A stretch of 64,000 nt of DNA from contig CAZSOV010000001.1 in NCBI GenBank assembly GCA_964608505.1, positions 32,630 to 96,629 on the forward strand, in the 5' to 3' direction. The notes under the pieces were generated by a model. That model worked only from the letters and a program-made list of their open reading frames with translations. It did not search any database and was not told the DNA's origin. Position 1 is the first letter of the stretch. Each line of letters opens with the position of its first letter. Of the stretch, positions 18,601 through 25,188 are shown in pieces. Origin of the DNA: an uncultured Verrucomicrobiota bacterium (GTDB taxonomy: Bacteria; Verrucomicrobiota; Verrucomicrobiia; Limisphaerales; CAIMTB01). Position numbers and translations under genes: made by a program.

Positions 18601-20614
18601 CGAGCAGGAACCCGAGATCGGCCCGCAGGAATTCCGCGGCATCGCGGTGGTGGGCGAAGACGGCACCCGGATGTCGCGTGGACGGGTCCGCGTCCTGCAC
18701 GGGGGCGACGCCGTCCTTGAAGTAGTCGGCGAGATGGTCGCGGAGGTCGGGGATGGTGTTGGCGACGGCCCTGGCCATCTGGTGGGCGTGCGCGGAGAAG
18801 AAGTACGGGCCGAGCGAGGCGTGTCCGGAATCGGCGAGGCGTTGGGCCAGCTCGGGATGGCGGGCGGGGTCGAACTCGGAACCGCCGAGTTCCCCGATGC
18901 GCTGCCAGAAGTCGAGGTGCGGTTGGACGGCCAGGCGGAGGGCGTCGGCGAGGGAGGCCTTGCCGGGGAGGTTGGATTTCTCGGCGGCGAGCATGGCGCG
19001 GCCGGCCAGCGCGTAGTCCCGTTGGTCGACGGGTTGGAGGGACGGGTCGGACGCCTGCTTGGCGGCGAGGAGTTGGGAGGAGCTTTGGGTGGCGCCGAGC
19101 ACCCGGGCGAAGTGGCCGACCTTGGCGACGGCGTCGTCCCAGAGGTGGAAGGGGCCTTTGCCGCTCGAGTCCGTCTCCCCCTTCAGGATGCTGCCGAGGA
19201 ACGCGCCCGCCAGGGTCCGGGTGAGCGTGAGGCCGTGGGTGGCGAGGGCGACGAGGAGGCTGTCCCTGGGTTCAAGGGAGGCGTCCAAAGCCCCGAAGGC
19301 GCTGGCGCTCAGTCTTCGCGCGGGCGGAACCGCGAGGCCGAGGGGTTGGTTCAGGCGGGCGGCGAGGGCCTGGCGTTTCTCGCGATGCTCGGGCAACGGG
19401 GGCAGGGCGAGGAACTCGTCGAAGACGGCGGCGATGTCCTCGTACCAATCCTCCTTCCACGTGCTGCCCGTCTTGGCGCCGGCGCGGGCGATCTTCCACT
19501 GGCCTTGGATCAGGGGCGCGAGGCGCGCTTCGAAGTCCTCGCGGGCGGCCAGCGCTTCGGCGGTCTCGAGGGTGTGGAGGGCGGTCCGGGCATACGGGAA
19601 CCGGACCAGAAACCCGGCGGCCTCGGCCGGCGCGTCGTTGAACTGGAGGTAATCGACGACGAGCCCGGCGAGGGCGTTCTGGACCTGGTTGGCCTCGCGT
19701 TGGACGGCGGCGTCCTTGGACGTCGAGGCGTGGGAGCGGATCCGCGTTTCGGCCGTCGCGAGCTGGGACGTCACGAGTTTCGCACGGGCCTTGGCATCGG
19801 CGGGCGCGCCGGAGGGGGTGGCCGGGGGTTCGAGGGCCGCGCGGAGATCGGCGAGCCAACTGCCGGACCGGGCGAGTTCGTCGCCGGCGTCCTTCAGTTT
19901 GCCGCCGCGATTGCGGAGGTGAAGGTCGAGGAGGATCGCGACCTTGGGGTCGAGGTCGGCGGAGGTGTGGTCGAAGGAAAGCTGGAGGTGGGGGGTGGGA
20001 GTGGGAGCAGGGATGGCGCGGTGATGGGAGGAATGGGAAGCGGGGGAAGAATGGGAGGGCTGGGTCTGCTGGATGGCGTGGACGATTTCGTGGGCCAGCA
20101 GGTGGCGTTGGTCGGCGACGGGGGCGCGGCTGGCGCCGGCGCCGAGGAAGACATGGGCGCCGGTGGTGAAGGCATGGGCCCGGGCCTCGGCGGCCAACCG
20201 GGCGGAGGTCGCGTCGCGATGCACGCGGACATGCGCGAGGTCGACGCCGAGGGCCGCTTCGAAATCGGCGCGCAGGCCCGGTTCCAGCGGGGTGCCGCCG
20301 GAGGCGCGGGCGGCGTTGACGCGCGCGGCGAGGTCGGGGGCGGGCGCGATGCCCCAGGTTCCGGCGCGGTCCCGGACGGAGGAGATGGACGGCGGGGCGT
20401 CGGCGGGTAGGGAGCCGCGGTCGCAGAGCCAGTCGGCGAGGGCCTCGGCCTCGTCCTCGAAGGGGTCCGTGCCGCGGCGGGCGGGGGCGAGGAGGCGGGC
20501 CTGGAGGAGCGGGCCGGCGAGGCGCGACGTTTCCGGGGACACGACGGACCGCGCGGGACCCCGGGCAGGGGCGGCGCGGCTTCGTGGCCGGAAAGGGGTC
20601 GCGTTGGTTTTCAT
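12662..20614 (-). CDS. giant (2650 aa) eCIS-associated protein with two DUF4157-like HExxH modules; putative cargo/effector or ruler-effector fusion
   Basis: Uninterrupted ORF. Module 1 is at aa ~105-183 (..VDLAHVRVHRD..AHAFTTGAHVFLG..HLLAHEIVHAIQQ), preceded by DPFEDEAEALADWL. Module 2 is at aa ~1909-1979 (..FGHDFSHVRLHRGS..ARALTSGSHIFLG..VLQHELAHVLQKQG). All overlapping + ORFs are G/E/A-rich antisense artefacts. Confidence 0.85.
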   Translation of the reverse strand: MKTNATPFRPRSRAAPARGPARSVVSPETSRLAGPLLQARLLAPARRGTDPFEDEAEALADWLCDRGSLPADAPPSISSVRDRAGTWGIAPAPDLAARVNAARASGGTPLEPGLRADFEAALGVDLAHVRVHRDATSARLAAEARAHAFTTGAHVFLGAGASRAPVADQRHLLAHEIVHAIQQTQPSHSSPASHSSHHRAIPAPTPTPHLQLSFDHTSADLDPKVAILLDLHLRNRGGKLKDAGDELARSGSWLADLRAALEPPATPSGAPADAKARAKLVTSQLATAETRIRSHASTSKDAAVQREANQVQNALAGLVVDYLQFNDAPAEAAGFLVRFPYARTALHTLETAEALAAREDFEARLAPLIQGQWKIARAGAKTGSTWKEDWYEDIAAVFDEFLALPPLPEHREKRQALAARLNQPLGLAVPPARRLSASAFGALDASLEPRDSLLVALATHGLTLTRTLAGAFLGSILKGETDSSGKGPFHLWDDAVAKVGHFARVLGATQSSSQLLAAKQASDPSLQPVDQRDYALAGRAMLAAEKSNLPGKASLADALRLAVQPHLDFWQRIGELGGSEFDPARHPELAQRLADSGHASLGPYFFSAHAHQMARAVANTIPDLRDHLADYFKDGVAPVQDADPSTRHPGAVFAHHRDAAEFLRADLGFLLEPIVRALALARAANDAELVDALGWFGVQLAAGQNLLGGIPANPSTGSEPAVLIAHIEGYGRVAQLFGHLARAALGRSPDDPATATATTSGSATPTPVPQQKTWQDIEALCIQAEQLEFVRTSLLVVTRPLEPSSDSKPDRLAKDAGGGVIQGLEPFTGRELSLFYQADYQRRLADQLAELSDAAEAAAEPRTTEDLWLVGKAVASVKEATGPDALPKRYESPDAYWVRYPGDPLGTLGVLFRASTPFLEWERGWSEQYDDDPRRKNLALRDSAELRPELNVWDLPMPGGLVEQLHSLPVLRGIVAMGPAEFEPHAAALRLPPASAPAAPSTAPSISPPDSAPLDAALLAEFLRVATAIGEQLPPETLADPWAWYLALRERLDHIRPGAAGGILGQESLRAFAADGAASDLRAQRARAMARTHQEMRRATTLDRGVIRRKNQELLEGAIDEHIAQMGNIGEAFDNIAAFHGAVSPRTEREQTLQTAALVLELLPLLLEIFGEDDPIGSYKDDAYYFLSLARNSLDELLARRPADEPDPATSPGDSSLEKHSEGIQWTYEYERIAHADARNTRDADIAALLDKLTAQLAPLQWELSISADASKGFLYSHLGDANWAVPTVPVIEERNKQHAADDEDPEPDFIDFGGFQVRILQILESFTFLPGIGDRERASNPKARGGARYVPAQLFVGQAFSSRSEFQGSSLAPRGTENPVKDPPATLDGPDVPLVRVQVNQGGQPISEPFDIMASDFGTTTSGLDWLAHLVHGRALQLNFEQLGKAVDAYGQLLLFAASFHPVGAAVITAAEIGLLVTDTQLKEQLKALADDPRETLERFATEFTRVFEPDALFDLALNGNFEAPAFARHTAGKAGRKAFGGKTVARILARVRRIAGAVALRLDAFQEAAQRPIRAAQGELAEHPRLAAVTHWAGEKIEASTDLEGLILRHPVAGPVYESYVRYRRLKDAGADGQAFSSLAEPVGQLATGIHEGLEAMKKVELPATLIPLPLALDALVELLLLAAKRGKGRLRIAAALADALKKGADASGISKYLYAHFSEWIQEVGADPNQLWQKTILPPLQDQLAATVGDAAERLESVVRRTPLLGDYLGEGRYAADARRQGQRVEMPATDGAGSTVTASEDHDGVFDHPILAEWAPETPAEDATSVPSYATISKMPDVFFDHLKKKPNPADGAAVPDAGGASQNAQPPEASPNPDPTAPDPADSDAGLPRPSTLSSRGDPLPRDLRSSAQSRFGHDFSHVRLHRGSAADTLTSQAGARALTSGSHIFLGRGLDPASGTGSRVLQHELAHVLQKQGPRPLGQPHPARPSLGAPHGGLRWSPSEERAADHMAGRAGSRSAGRAVPVPVLGAHRSGFSPSIKGELIGEFLERISSPGTGASLAKRAEQAHARAAVANLEDHVGAAASHLWGLLAQSLRNAKVSADAPFDTSKALILAHLDDRLATLRESGTPTQAQAQTQASIPAVSKVIDHLAAGRQIDDPSAPRKSTPGKATPKPQILDAKGFLVDLGLYLAARSGVVLDFDPPRNINGTLKNNASAQVAVDIRIRHLELHFVNSRSDNGRAIWTKAIQNSWPTAKNVDRHWDVIQRTLTRRFGAPPPAVANSSTPGAAPPSKEDRLASGGFQPIWDAGASELRFNKTFIQDIEVELNPPHVGPDLMAPWPIYVGRDRAKKYGADSVNQATADLRQDKHFKGTTPDRTARIGLHLATHGDFTNGDYDLKNNDRESHHVVQYLLPEYFSNAKDSFKPFPDLPSKKYPGVVAKGTGVQQIGTKADGSGEPIEIADTEGPGRGNPMPAILLSARAHQNSGLHVTPQPDDKGSASQGLAIHLKFEEFLHQEVKKVAPATPTPAAALAYVQARPTEDAAAQKVHAAVQRTAGWLWNVEMKNALLKTMPDVEASYYLGQFNLAPGTGAGTTGSGGKSPLLAQLHGGTEPDHATIQSALATRAQEAATWVIDQLTSTKGWKFPA

Positions 20615-20623
20615 GGGGTCGCG

Positions 20624-21019
20624 TCAGCGGGGCGGCGGCTCGGTCAGGGCCCGGAACACCGCGGAGGCAAGGCCGAGGCCGACGGCGTAGGACGACGGGG
20701 CGGCGGCGAGGGGGAGGTGGGTGGAAAGGGAGGCGCGGGGTTCGGGCGGCGCACCGGCGGGGGCGAGGTCCGAGAGGTTCGAGAGGTTCGAGAGGTCCGC
20801 GAGGCGGGCGCGCGGGAGGCGGGCGAGGCCGTCGCGGAGGCCGGCGGCGACGAGGGACGGGGTGAGCGGCCCGAGGCCGTGGATTTCGAGGTGATCGAGG
20901 TGGAGATGGAGTTCGGGACCGGCGGGGGAGGCCGGGGACGGGTCTGCGTCCGGGGCCGGGGCCGGGAGGGGCGCCGGGGGCCGGTGGGGATGGGGACGGG
21001 TGGGGACGGGCACGATCAT
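20624..21019 (-). CDS. hypothetical 131-aa protein (eCIS operon orphan)
   Basis: ORF with an ATGA overlap to the ATPase stop (21016-21019), ending 9 nt before the giant gene. It has a Pro-rich N-terminus and then ..LHLHLDHLEIHGLGPLTP..LSNLSNLSDL... I recognise no family. Confidence 0.55.
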   Translation of the reverse strand: MIVPVPTRPHPHRPPAPLPAPAPDADPSPASPAGPELHLHLDHLEIHGLGPLTPSLVAAGLRDGLARLPRARLADLSNLSNLSDLAPAGAPPEPRASLSTHLPLAAAPSSYAVGLGLASAVFRALTEPPPR

Positions 21020-23127
21020 GGGGGCGGGGGACAGGTGTCGCGGGGCGCGGGGTGGAGGGCGCGCAGGTCGAGTTGGGGGGTGGGTTTGTCGATCTTGGCG
21101 AACTCGGTCTCGGCGGCGCGCTGGAGATGGGCCATGGAGACGGGTTCGCCGGTTTCGGCGGCGAGGAAGGCGGCGTTGAGTGCGATGTTGCGGATGTTGC
21201 CGCCGGCGAGGCTGAGGCGGGCCAGGCGGTCGAGGTCGAGGTCGCGCACCGGGGTGCGGGGCGGGAAGGCGCGTTGCCAGATCAGGCGGCGGGTGGCCTG
21301 GTCGGGGAACGGGAACTCGACGAGGAACCGGATGCGGCGGAGGAAGGCGGGGTCGATGACCTCGCGGAAGTTGGTGGTGAGGATGGCGAGTCCGCGATAG
21401 GTCTCGAGGCGCTGGAGGAGGTAGGAGATCTCCATGTTGGCATGGCGATCGTGGCTGTCCTTGACCTCGCTGCGACGTCCGAAGAGCGCGTCGGATTCGT
21501 CAAAGAGCAGCACCGCGCCGCCGGCATCCGCGGCGTCGAAGATCTCGCGCAGGTTGGCCTCGGTCTCGCCGATGTACTTGCTGACCGTGGCGCTGAGGTC
21601 GACGCGGAGGAGGTCGAGGTCGAGGTCGTTGGCGATGACCTCGGCGGCGAGGGATTTGCCGGAGCCGCTGGGGCCGGAGAAGAGCGCGGTGATGTTGAGG
21701 CCGCGGCTGCCTTTCTCGGCGAACCCCCATTCCTGGTAGACGCGGGCGCGGTGCTTGACCTGGCGGGCGGCCTCGCGGAGCAGGTCGAGCTGGGGCGCGG
21801 GAAGGACGAGGTCGTCCCAGGAGACGCGGGATTCGACACGTTGGACGAGGGCGCCGAGGCGGGGTCGGGCCTCCTCGCGGCAGGCCTGCCAGAGGGCGTG
21901 TTCGAACGGGGGCGGCGTCTCGCCGGGGCCGCCGGGGCCGCGGGCGAGGGCGTTGCGGCAGGCGGCGAAGAGGGCGCCCGCGCCGAGTTCGAACTGCATG
22001 GCGACGCGGCTGGCGAAGGTGGCGGAACCCCGGGCGCGGACCTCGGTGAAGGCCTCGATGAGGTCGCGTTTCTCGGCGAAGTTCGGCGGGGGAATCTCGA
22101 CGGGAATCGCGAGGTCGAGAGGCGCGAACCGCGGGGCGCTGGCGAGGATCAGGCCGCCGGCGCTCAGGGAGATCCAGTGCCGGATCGCCTCGGGCAGGCA
22201 ACGGGTCGAGGCCGGCGTGCCGGAGGCCGGCTCGGCGCCGAGCGCGGTGGCGTCGAGGAACAGGATGGCGCGGGCGAGCAGGGCCTCGCGTTGCCAGAGC
22301 CGGGCGAGTTCGTGGCGTTCGGTGTGATCGGACGGCAGCGCGACGGCGGCGAGTTCCATGACGGCGAACCCGGCGCCGCGCGCGGCCTGCCACGCGAGGG
22401 CGCGGGCGGCCCCGGCGTCGGTGCCGCGCAGTTCGATGACCGGGAACTCGAGGAAATGGGGGGCGCCGGCCCAGAGTCCGACGATCCGCCCGGCCAGTGC
22501 GGCCTGGGACGGGGTGAGAGGGGCGGACGGGGACTCGGAACGGAGGAAGGGCAGCAGGCGCGCGTCGGGCGGGGCGGCGCGTCCGATCAGGAAGTACAGG
22601 ATGCGCTCGTCGAGGCGCCACGGTTGGGCGGCCTGGGTCAGGCCGGGGCCGGGCGCGGGCGCGAGTTCCAGGAGGCGCCAGTGGCGGAGGGGCGCGGACG
22701 GGGCGAGCAAATCCAGGGGCACGACCGCGGGCAGGAGATCCCGGAGGAGCGCGGCGTGGAGCCATGGACGTCCGGTGACGCGTGCGCCCAGTTCCTGAAG
22801 GGCCCGGGCGCAACCGGTGTCGAGTTCCTGGGCGACGAGCAGGGCGAGGGCCAGCCGTTCGCCGGTTCCGAGGCCAAACAGGCGCCCGAGTTGTTCGAGC
22901 GAGGGAAGACGCAGGTCGGGAAGGTCGCGTGCCGGGCCGTCGGGTTGCGCGATTTCCGCAAGCCAGGCTCGGAGGCCGTCCAGCCAGGCGGCCAGGTCCA
23001 CCGGCGGGGCCGACTCGACAGCGGGATCGTCCCGGAGCCCGGCTGCGCCCGCGGTGGCCGGCGGGGCCGGCGCGGGCGCGGGGTTCGGCCCGGGGACGGG
23101 CGACGCGGGTTCGACGGCGGCGCTCAT
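21016..23127 (-). CDS. AAA+ ATPase (Afp15-like eCIS assembly ATPase)
   Basis: 703 aa. The C-terminal AAA module has Walker A (LFSGPSGSGKSLAAEVIA) and Walker B (AVLLFDESDALFGRR), followed by ..LLQRLETYRGLAILTTNF... It has a ~430-aa N-terminal extension. Confidence 0.9.
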   Translation of the reverse strand: MSAAVEPASPVPGPNPAPAPAPPATAGAAGLRDDPAVESAPPVDLAAWLDGLRAWLAEIAQPDGPARDLPDLRLPSLEQLGRLFGLGTGERLALALLVAQELDTGCARALQELGARVTGRPWLHAALLRDLLPAVVPLDLLAPSAPLRHWRLLELAPAPGPGLTQAAQPWRLDERILYFLIGRAAPPDARLLPFLRSESPSAPLTPSQAALAGRIVGLWAGAPHFLEFPVIELRGTDAGAARALAWQAARGAGFAVMELAAVALPSDHTERHELARLWQREALLARAILFLDATALGAEPASGTPASTRCLPEAIRHWISLSAGGLILASAPRFAPLDLAIPVEIPPPNFAEKRDLIEAFTEVRARGSATFASRVAMQFELGAGALFAACRNALARGPGGPGETPPPFEHALWQACREEARPRLGALVQRVESRVSWDDLVLPAPQLDLLREAARQVKHRARVYQEWGFAEKGSRGLNITALFSGPSGSGKSLAAEVIANDLDLDLLRVDLSATVSKYIGETEANLREIFDAADAGGAVLLFDESDALFGRRSEVKDSHDRHANMEISYLLQRLETYRGLAILTTNFREVIDPAFLRRIRFLVEFPFPDQATRRLIWQRAFPPRTPVRDLDLDRLARLSLAGGNIRNIALNAAFLAAETGEPVSMAHLQRAAETEFAKIDKPTPQLDLRALHPAPRDTCPPPP

Positions 23128-24347
23128 GGGATGTCGACGAGGGCGGAGGGCAGGACGGACGGCGGGGTGGTGTCGCGGTTCAACCAGCGGCTTTCGGTGC
23201 GGTCGACGCGGAGGCGGACGACGGCGGGGCCGGGGGGAACGGTGAAGCCCTCGAAGCGCAGGTGCGTGGTTTCGGCGAGGATCTGGGGCCCGACGATTTC
23301 CTCGGAACCGACGACGAGGGAGACCTTCTGGGCCGGGCGCACGGGCGGGGCGACGTCGAGTTCGAGGGCCACGCGTCCGTCGGGGGCGGGGTCGCGTTCG
23401 ACGAGGGTGACGACGGGCGTGGGCAGGACGGAGAAGGGGATGGCGTTGGAGGGACGGGGGCTGGCGGCGTCGGGCGGGATGACGGCGAGGTGGAGGTCAT
23501 GGACGCCGCTGGGCCAGTGGGCGGGGACGTCGAAGCGGACCTGCGTGGCGCCGGCATCGGCGGGCGGGATGTCGAGGGGCGCGAGGACGACGGACCGATC
23601 CTGATACCGGGCGTGGACGCGCGGCAGGGTGCCGTCGAGGTGAAGTCCGGCGAGGGTCACGGACTCGCCGGAGAGCGCGGCGGCGGGGGTGGCGGAGGCG
23701 AGACAGGGGACGTGGGGGACGAGGGAGGCGTGGACATTCGGGAGGGGCCGCTGGAGGACGACCATGGGCACGCGGCGGGGTTCGTCGGCCTGAATGAACA
23801 CGACGGAGACCTGGTAGAAGGCGGAGGCGCGATAGGGGACATGGAACGCGGACCAGAGCCGGGCGAAGACGTCCTCGGTGAGGTTGCGATGGCGGATGCG
23901 GATGCGTTCGACCTGCTCGGCGAGACGGGAGCCGACGAGGCTGCGGGCGGCAGGATCGAGGCTGAGCACGTCGAGGATGAGGCTGCGGTCCAGGATGGGC
24001 GTCTGGTGCAGGGCCTGCATCGCGCAGCCGAGGAGCAGTTCGGACTGGAGATCGTCCTGGGCGTAGGCGGTGACGGCGTAGTGGAGCTCGAGGGCCAGGG
24101 GCGGATTGGAGAGGCGACGGCCGCCGGGATCGAAGGCGGGCTGGGCCTCGTTGCGCCACTGGCCGCTTTCGAGGGCCTGGTACATGAACAGGTTGACGCG
24201 CATCCGGGCGGGGTCCTCGCGCGGCGGTTCGGCGGTGACGAAGACGTCGCCCTGCAACAGGCCGTCGAGAGCGTTCTCGACGACGTTGGCTTCCACCAAC
24301 TGGCGCAGGACCCGGGAGACGGCGGCGATGGCAAGGGCGTTGGCCAT
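23124..24347 (-). CDS. DUF4255 tail terminator/cap protein (Afp16/Pvc16-like) with C-terminal extension
   Basis: 407 aa. The N-terminus MANALAIAAVSRVLRQLVE..RVNLFMYQ..NPPLALELHYAVTAY matches the DUF4255 pattern. There is an ATGA overlap with the ATPase gene at 23124-23127. Confidence 0.85.
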   Translation of the reverse strand: MANALAIAAVSRVLRQLVEANVVENALDGLLQGDVFVTAEPPREDPARMRVNLFMYQALESGQWRNEAQPAFDPGGRRLSNPPLALELHYAVTAYAQDDLQSELLLGCAMQALHQTPILDRSLILDVLSLDPAARSLVGSRLAEQVERIRIRHRNLTEDVFARLWSAFHVPYRASAFYQVSVVFIQADEPRRVPMVVLQRPLPNVHASLVPHVPCLASATPAAALSGESVTLAGLHLDGTLPRVHARYQDRSVVLAPLDIPPADAGATQVRFDVPAHWPSGVHDLHLAVIPPDAASPRPSNAIPFSVLPTPVVTLVERDPAPDGRVALELDVAPPVRPAQKVSLVVGSEEIVGPQILAETTHLRFEGFTVPPGPAVVRLRVDRTESRWLNRDTTPPSVLPSALVDIP

Positions 24348-24354
24348 GGTGGAT

Positions 24355-25188
24355 TCAGGCAGCGCCCCGGCTGCGGCGGGCGAGGTAGCGTTCGAGCGAG
24401 GCGGGCGCGGCTTCGTTGGCGTGCGCCGACGCGGGCGGTGTCGACGGACGCGGCGGCTGCGCGTGCACGACGATGCGACCGATGTGCACGTGCAGCACGG
24501 GGGACGGGGGTGTCGGCGCCGGGGCGGTCCGGGACATCGGGGAACCTTCGGGTTCGACGCGCGCCGGGCGCATCCCGCCCTCGCGCGCGGGCCGGGGTTC
24601 GCGGGAGTCGGAGTCGGGCGCCTCGAGTCCCAACGCGTCCAGCGCGGATTCCACGGCGGCCTCGAGGCGCGCGCGGCGTTCCGCGGGGTCCACCGTGATC
24701 GCGAGTGGTGACTCGGGCTGCCCGGTCTTCGGTGCTGGATCCAGCGGGTCGGAGCGTTGCGGCATCGCCGCGCGCGTCTCCGTTCGGGCCTCCCGGGGAA
24801 TCGCGTCCCGCGGGTCGGACGCCGCGGAGGGCCCCGGGTTTGAGGCGGGTTCGGATTCGGAGACGAACAGGGCGCGCTGGGCCGCGCGGTCCCGCGCTTC
24901 CCCCGCGTCGCCGCGCGGCTCGCGGGACGGCGCGACGGGAATCGGGCGCCCGACAGCGTCCGGTCGGGAGGTGGATGGATCGGAGGTCGAATCCTCGGGG
25001 GGGCGGGAGCGGGGAGGCAACGGGGCGGGAGACGGGACGGCGGGCGCCGGGGAGGATGCGTCGGCGACCGCGGGCGGGGATTCGGAATCCGCGCCCGGCA
25101 TGGGTTCGAAGCGGGACGGGAGGCGGGGTTCGATTCCCGACCGTCGTTCGAGGGCGAGCGCGCCGAGTCGTTGCAGGAAGGAACTCAT
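24355..25188 (-). CDS. Pro/Ser/Ala-rich protein with conserved-looking termini; candidate tape-measure/ruler (Afp14 position)
   Basis: The last 277 aa of the 949-aa ORF 24355..27204; the upstream part of that ORF overlaps the tube and sheath genes out of frame. It starts at the ATG at 25186-25188 (ATGA overlap). N-terminus MSSFLQRLGALALERRSGIEPRLPSRFEP; C-terminus ..VLHVHIGRIVVHAQPP..SLERYLARR. Confidence 0.7.
   Translation of the reverse strand: MSSFLQRLGALALERRSGIEPRLPSRFEPMPGADSESPPAVADASSPAPAVPSPAPLPPRSRPPEDSTSDPSTSRPDAVGRPIPVAPSREPRGDAGEARDRAAQRALFVSESEPASNPGPSAASDPRDAIPREARTETRAAMPQRSDPLDPAPKTGQPESPLAITVDPAERRARLEAAVESALDALGLEAPDSDSREPRPAREGGMRPARVEPEGSPMSRTAPAPTPPSPVLHVHIGRIVVHAQPPRPSTPPASAHANEAAPASLERYLARRSRGAA

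Noticed and set aside
12533-20410. + strand ORFs 12533..16984 (1483 aa) and 17162..20410 (1082 aa), and minus-strand out-of-frame ORF 12240..16940 (1566 aa)
   Set aside because: They are Gly/Glu/Ala-rich or Arg/Pro-rich low-complexity translations overlapping the 2650-aa ORF, which carries the recognisable HExxH modules. They are GC-driven artefacts.
12662-20614. Giant ORF interpreted simply as a classical tape-measure protein
   Set aside because: This is not adopted as the primary call. It carries two HExxH DUF4157 modules and Pro-rich linkers typical of cargo proteins, and a separate ruler candidate sits in the phage-like tape-measure slot. It is kept as an alternative hypothesis in the findings.
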